From contig CM082581.2 in NCBI GenBank assembly GCA_040954595.2, positions 7,462,059 through 7,526,058 on the forward strand: DNA of 64,000 nt, read 5' to 3'. The notes under the pieces are model-generated. The model ran no database searches and was not told the origin of the DNA. It saw only the letters and a list, made by a program, of their open reading frames with translations. This document shows positions 58,044 through 64,000 of this stretch, one piece after another; position 1 is the stretch's first letter, and each line of letters starts with the position of its first letter. A program made the position numbers and the translations under genes. Origin of the DNA: Balanoglossus misakiensis (lineage: Eukaryota; Animalia; Hemichordata).

Positions 58044-58769
58044 CTGGACAAGCACGGTGAAAGCGGAGGCAGCAGAGATAAAGGCAAAGAAGAGAAAAAA
58101 GGATGAGACACGTTCAGCTGAAATGGTGGCAGACAGAGACACTGAAGAAATATGTGTGAAGAAACCTCAAGAGAGGTAAGGAAATTATAGTTTACAAAAA
58201 CCGAGACAGCATTCACTAAACAATACTGACCATGTCTACAGACGTATACGCATGCCAGCTCGCATGCAGAAGGGTACACTGAGCGACAACCGTTATCTTC
58301 ACAAATCACAAGTGGGACAGGCTGGGATGGATTGGTGGGTAGGTATCATACGGTGTTGGTGGAAAAGAAGTATGAAACTGATCAATTTTTGTTCTCATAG
58401 CTGGATATTATCATAGCACTTCTCAATATTTTCTAAAGGGAAAAGGTGAAGATTTACCAAGAGGAAAGGTGCATACTACCTTACAAAAGTATCAGGGAGG
58501 TTTACCTTCAAAGCGACGCCATTCAGGACTGGCTGATGACAAAAACATACACTACGCAGGAAAACAAGTCCAAGATTTTTTTGCCAACACATCGAAAATG
58601 GCATGCATGACATATAAGTTGTGCTACATTGTTCCTTACCACCCGAAAGACTAGGTGAGAATCCTAGCTACAAGCCCAGCCACCGACACCATCAAGCAGA
58701 ACTCTAAGTCTCCGGATAAAAGGTTATTTGCAGCCAAATCAGAGAAAATACTAATCTTTGTATCGTGCG

Positions 58770-58915
58770 AATAGGGTGTTGAGTTCTCGTGTTATAGAAT
58801 ATCCATTGTAACCTTTGAACCACCACAATTAGCTTTATGTAGTTTTTGATAAGATCCATGCACATGGAATCAAAATTTATGAACGACTCACGAAGTGAGA
58901 ACTCAATACCCCATT
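58770..58915. mobile_element. MITE with 19-bp imperfect TIRs
   Basis: AATAGGGTGTTGAGTTCTC versus reverse complement of the right end AATGGGGTATTGAGTTCTC (17 of 19 identical). Confidence 0.6.
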
Positions 58916-59161
58916 ACACACAGCATGCTCATGATACCAGAGATGTTGTCTGAAAATACAATAAATTCCCTGTGATGAAAATGAAGATGTTACAATTTCA
59001 CTTGAAAATTTGATCAAAACACAGTTTTATATCCTATGGTTGGATCTATGTACACACACGAAGACATGATTATATTAGTAAGACAACCGCAATCTGGCTA
59101 CCCTGTGTATCGTTCATCAAAAAGCTTTTTTTAGGCTTCTTCACAGATTAAGAAGCAGTAC

Positions 59162-59220
59162 CTTGGAGTAGATCCCCATTTTTCACTGGAAATCATCACT
59201 TTAAAAGGTCTTTTCATGAA
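59162..59220 (-). CDS. Candidate alternative ZFYVE27 exon (FMKRPFKVMISSEKWGSTPR)
   Basis: Acceptor TTTTGTCTTTTCAAG and donor AAG|GTACTG. Open only in phase 0 and ends in phase 2, which links donor CTG|GTAGGA at 60067 to the 58043 exon in frame. Confidence 0.45.
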
Positions 59221-60036
59221 CTTGAAAAGACAAAATACTGTGCCCAGATTACACAAAATATCTTTGCAAGTCTCGATAGTACACTTTGTATACACACATA
59301 TCCATCAGCTTTACATTTTATAATAAATTACATCAACAACCCCCTCCCCCCCCCCCAAAAAAAAAACCCCAACAACTATTAGTTATTTTTAAAAATTGAC
59401 AATAAAAAATTAAAGTAAATTCGGATAAAACAATACAAACATAGAAAGCACATATGAATCACAAATTATATGTAAATATTCTGGAGTAAAGACAAACTGT
59501 ACTGTAATGACATTATACTTTGTTCATGATTGTCACAAGTTCCTATCACTGAAATAATGATGAATTTGTATGCAGTGCTAATTTTGATTCATAATTTATA
59601 TTATGTCACACTATCAAACGCTTGTATAGTATACGTAATGCAGTGCTGGACACACAAAGCTGTATTTTACATCACTAGAGATAATTCACTTCATTACTCT
59701 GCGATATTAGTCAATAAACTGTCAAAGCTCAGACTTCACTTTGCTAGTAAAAGTACAGTAAGTTGAAATTTGAATTTTCCCCTTCTATTCAGGGAAAAGT
59801 CTAAATGTCGTCATATATGGAATGTCACTTCATAAATATTCAAGCATTCAAATCTCTGATAAATAATTAATGTAAATTACATGCGCCACATGTGTCAATC
59901 AATCTATCAATCAATCAATCTAACTAACTAACTAATGAATGCTATTTGGTAGCAGCAGCTAGACATTGACCATTTGTATGTGTGTGCGTCCTGAGCGCTG
60001 GGGGGTCTATTGCACATGCCGTAAGAAAATAGCTTG

Positions 60037-63000
60037 TCACCTGGCCATTGGAATATCATCTCCTACCAGAGAACTGTAGCAACTGTTGCAGACAAGCTCT
60101 TTCTCAGTGTGAGCTGCTGGGGCTGCAATGAAACATGACGCAGGTGTTTATTTCATGAAAATTGTGTCTTCAGTGGGACAAACAACACAAGCAGGGTCTC
60201 TCGCATGAACATGGACCACTTACCTGTTGCCCCGAAGACTGATCTTGGAACTTTCTTATTGCAACATTTGGAACAAAAGTGGTTACCACAGTGCCTGCAA
60301 TATCTCTGCGAAGAAGAAAGTACAATTTTCCATCACTGTCAGAGCCAAAAGTAGGGAATAGTGTATTAACATGATGTGCAGTCTTTACAAAGATCAGCCA
60401 TTCATCTGATGTGTAAAACTTGACCCGGTATTTGCTACTCAAACCCAAATTCACTGCCATGTGAGAAACTTGACACCACATCACGACACACTCACCCTCC
60501 TTTTCAGAAGCGTTGTGAAGGTGACATTGCAATTACTGCACGTCCCGCTGTTAAGTTTTTTGCGCCTTTGATTAAACTCCTTCAATCTCTCCACCATGCC
60601 CGGCTTGCCCGCCACCTTGGATGAGTCCAGATCTTTCGTCAGATCGAGATCAGACACGTCTTCCTCTGGCTGTGGTGAGAAAGAAATGAAAAAGGCACGT
60701 TTTACCCAGAAACAACATGCAAATTTCCCATTTGAAAAGGCTATGAAACAATCCGATGCACAATCTATGCCGACTTTCCATTGCATGGTACGTGTATCAT
60801 GGCATTTGCATTTTCAGACCACTCTAGAAACATTTGCTTTTCTCTTCTGTATTTGTTAGGCAGCATGGGTAACTCCAGCATATGATTGGGTGGTAAACAG
60901 TTCTTGATGAAACATCTTCACTCAAACATGCTGGCCTAATTTCCAATATCTGAATATGTCTAGTAAATGTATTCGTGGGATAAGATGATAACCATTAAAG
61001 TATACTGCCTTTGTTGGGGTTAGTCAACTCTGAAATGTGTTAGTGTGACATTTATCCTCAGCATAGCATATGCAACATGAGGCATTTTTTAAAACTTACA
61101 TCAAAATTGTTAAAGTGAACATCTTCCGGTGCCCTTTCAGAGTCAGAATCAGAGGCAATGGAGTTAATTTTCAGAGCCGGCACCTATAAACAAGAGTGAT
61201 GGAAAGCTGATGATGACCAATACAATGAGCATACCACTAATTTAGACACACACAGACTATTTTTTACTCAACATCTCACTAGCCCCCGTAGCACACAATG
61301 TAACCTTGCTTTATAAGCAAAGCAAAATATACTACCCAGCAGCGAGCTAATCAACCACCTTCAGCTGAAGGAAGCCCTCATTCAAAAATGGGGTCCAATG
61401 GGTTTGGACTAAACCATGGCGGTGAAAGGGATAAATTTGAAACTTATCCATCAGCACAGTGGATTTTAGAATCACCCACACAACGTGTCGCTTCTCACCT
61501 CTGCTTTCAAATCCACTTTAGCGTTTAGTTCCTGGCGGGACAAGTTCCTTCTGCTGAAGCTGCGCGAGATTCGAGTACCTTTGGATGAGACTATTTTCCA
61601 CAACTTGCCGTTGGATAGGAAGAGGACGTTGACAGCTGCAGTTGCCGTCCAGAAAACAGGGAAGTAGTACAGGCTGAGTGCTGCCGACGTCCATCCCACG
61701 TAAAACCTTTTGTGGTGAAAGCAAATGTAAAAACCTGAATTATTTGCACTTGACGGTGTTACACAATTATGAAAATGAATTGGCAGAATATGGCCATATA
61801 TGTTCTTCTTTTAAATGAGGCAATAGACTCGCTTATGCTTGATTTTGTCCAATACACCATACATGGATTGGAGCCATCATCCATACATGGCCATATTTTG
61901 TGAATAACCCTATAACAATATGAACGTAACTTACTATAGGAAGTGACGTTCAGAAAAATATGATTTCACTTCATCCCTTTAAATGAACAGCAATTTATAA
62001 ATACACAACAATGGGATTGTACCAAAGTGAGTCTGTATGTATAACATATCTACAATAACAATACTTACAATGTTGACACATAGAGACTGCGCCAAAGTAG
62101 GACATCATAAATAGAATTCAGTGTTTGACAAGTTAAAATCACCGCCCGTCTCAAATCGAGAATGAACTCTCTGTACTGCGATAAAGCCAGTTTCACTTCC
62201 CACTCCTCCTGCTCTTGCACATCCTGTTGTGTCGTGGTCAGCAGCCGCACTGCCACCGAGGGCTGCATTATGCCTTTGTCTCCCGGCGTGTGTCTGGATC
62301 TTCTGGAGAGAAAGCCCAGGCTGGCCAAGGCTAGTATGAAGAGTAGAACGGCACTAAGGAGATGACCTAGAGTAAGGAGAGAGAAGCTAATTTTAGCCAA
62401 GAACCACTGTTGGCTTATTACAGAGAGTACTGAATTGAATGAAATGATAGGACATATCTAATGAATAAAATAACATTGCAGACACAACCATAAGTCACTC
62501 ATAAGAGACACATTTTCATTGAATACGCACCTTTCGTTGTTGTGACACAAAGTAAATTACAAAGCACCCAGCAAAGAATTGTCAATGCAGGAAACTCCCA
62601 GCTAAAACAAGAAAGGCAGAGAATACTACTTATTAAGTCAGATTTGAACCATTCATTCAAATTTGCAAGCTACCAAACAGTGTCTTGTATGAAACATTAT
62701 AAATGGGCTACCAGTGTGGTCACTTTTCTTAACATCTCCCCCCCCATGTCAGCAAACGTATACATAGCTCTGGACTTATGCGCTGTTTGGGTCTACGCTG
62801 GGACGGAGAGCAGCGTAGACCCAAACAGCGCATAAGTCCAGAGCTAACGTATACATATCATAATCATTACCTTAAAATGTAGGACACTGTCTTTATGAAC
62901 TGCACCACTGGTTCAGATAGCGCTTCTAAACTCCTGACATTGTTTATAAGCAACCCTACGTCACATTTTCCCATCGGTTTATACGTTTCCCTCGGTTCAT

Positions 63001-63088
63001 CGTCACAATTCGCTGAAGTCGACGACGACACTTCGGTAGCACTGCTGCTTCCCATAACAGCTTCTGCAGGCGTCGGCTCGTTGGCCAT
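60037..63088 (-). CDS. ZFYVE27: Protrudin (zinc finger FYVE domain-containing 27), short form, 8 coding exons, about 406 aa
   Basis: Exons: 63088-62871, 62601-62531, 62366-62069, 61706-61499, 61183-61100, 60669-60496, 60305-60224, 60122-60037 (TGA). Hydrophobic ER-anchor segments (YILSWEFPALTILCWVLCN; VLLWRSLYVSTLFYVGW..LYYFPVFW) and a protrudin-type FYVE domain GTCSNCNVTFTTLLKRRRYCRHCGNHFCSKCCNKKVPRSVFGATAPAAHTEKELVCNSC. Confidence 0.9.
61398..61433. mobile_element. Partial MITE family A copy
   Basis: AATGGGTTTGGACTAAACCATGGCGGTGAAAGGGATAA matches the 3' part of 57752-57843. Confidence 0.6.
61778..61906. mobile_element. Degenerate TIR element in a ZFYVE27 intron
   Basis: CAGAATATGGCCATATA at left versus TACATGGCCATATTTTG at right (imperfect inverted repeat). 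Confidence 0.45.
62765..62846. mobile_element. 82-bp perfect hairpin element with TAG...CTA termini and 9-bp target-site duplication
   Basis: 36-bp perfect arms (62765-62800 and 62811-62846), 10-nt loop, flanked by ACGTATACA at 62756-62764 and 62847-62855. Confidence 0.88.
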
Positions 63089-63350
63089 ACCACAGACTCC
63101 TAGCAGTAGACAGACATATGAGACACCAAGATAACGAGAAATATCGTGACTCTAAGCAAATTTCATTTGAAACATCTCGAAGAACCCCGGCACATCTACA
63201 TCAAGAGCAATGAAAACATCCGTGTAGCTTCTCAGAGACTTTTATCGGCCATTTTGGATGTTGGCTTCTGGGATGGAGAGAGGTTGACCTTTTGTGAGGT
63301 CACCGAAGGTCATTGAACTATCGTGTTTCTTCAGAAGACAATACATGTAC

Positions 63351-63560
63351 CTGGCAGATATGGTTGAGGGCGCTTTCAGCAGCAAATATGCTGGGGGAGG
63401 GGGGGGGGTTTGTCTGCACAGATTTGAAGCAGACGTCATTGAACTGAACGAATCTCGAAACGCTGCCTTGCAGGTGTGTTCGTTAATCATTATTATATTA
63501 TACCAGTATATTGATGGTGTAAATCACGCTATTTGATTGGTCGAGACACGACACGTGACC
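63351..63560 (-). promoter_or_regulatory. Putative ZFYVE27 promoter and non-coding first exon
   Basis: Donor CAG|GTACAT at 63351/63350 and acceptor just upstream of the ATG (exon starts 63099). CCAAT (minus) at 63540-63536 and GTCACGTG E-box (minus) at 63559-63552, with CpG enrichment. Confidence 0.5.
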
Positions 63561-63660
63561 GTGATATATTAGCCATATACCACAGTCATATATCATAGTC
63601 AAAGAAAATGCCTTTTTAAAATGTTTTAAGCAAAGTTTCAATATACTGGCATAATATAAT

Positions 63661-63803
63661 AGCAATAAAACACCCCCAGCCATGGTATACCACTCGATTT
63701 TGACCAGTTCAACTCCAGATACGCACTCGCTATCGCTCGTGCGTATATGTCGTGAACTGGTCAAAATCTCGTGGTATACCATGGCTGGGGGTGTTTTATT
63801 GCT
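63661..63803. mobile_element. 143-bp palindromic non-autonomous element
   Basis: 33-bp perfect outer arms, then a TC/TC mismatch, a 16-bp stem, an internal loop, an 8-bp stem, a second TC/TC mismatch and a GC-TATC-GC tip. No clear TSD. Confidence 0.8.
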
Positions 63804-64000
63804 TAATTTGATCATGTTTGTTATTGTAGCACTGTACGAGTTTCTCCCCTTCAAGTTCAACCATTACAAGTGCCTTGTGAGAGTGGCGTCGTTTCATGCG
63901 AAGGGGGTGGGGGTGACCAGGTTGGGTGGGGGGGGGAGGGTCGAGGGAGTAAAATGATCACTCTGCTAGTATAAAGAGGGTGTGAATCCCTATACCCCTC

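Overview
Eukaryotic (metazoan, probably a marine invertebrate bilaterian) genomic DNA; the species cannot be determined from the sequence alone. Bases 1-21,300 contain no credible protein-coding exon and look comparatively CpG-rich, ending in a promoter-like island at about 20.4-21.2 kb. Bases 21,400-63,600 hold five spliced housekeeping genes, which I reconstructed by hand with frame-consistent GT-AG introns: CCDC142 (-), AUP1 (+), PSTK (-), ETF1/eRF1 (+) and ZFYVE27/protrudin (-). CCDC142/AUP1 and PSTK/ETF1 are head-to-head pairs. The most unusual signal is in PSTK, the tRNA(Sec) kinase. A strong TISU-like ATG 29 codons upstream of the conventional start is in frame but interrupted by TGT-TGA-TGT-TGA (C-U-C-U). 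The stop codon is UGA and is followed in frame by two UGA-x-x-UGA pairs. The gene also shares its promoter region with eRF1, the factor that competes with selenocysteine insertion at UGA. ZFYVE27 appears to have an alternative acidic, amphipathic C-terminal extension. Several small non-autonomous DNA elements (TTAA/CCCT MITEs, a perfect hairpin with a 9-bp TSD, a GA-mismatch palindrome) and microsatellites are also present. Gene identities come from recognised motifs, not database searches.
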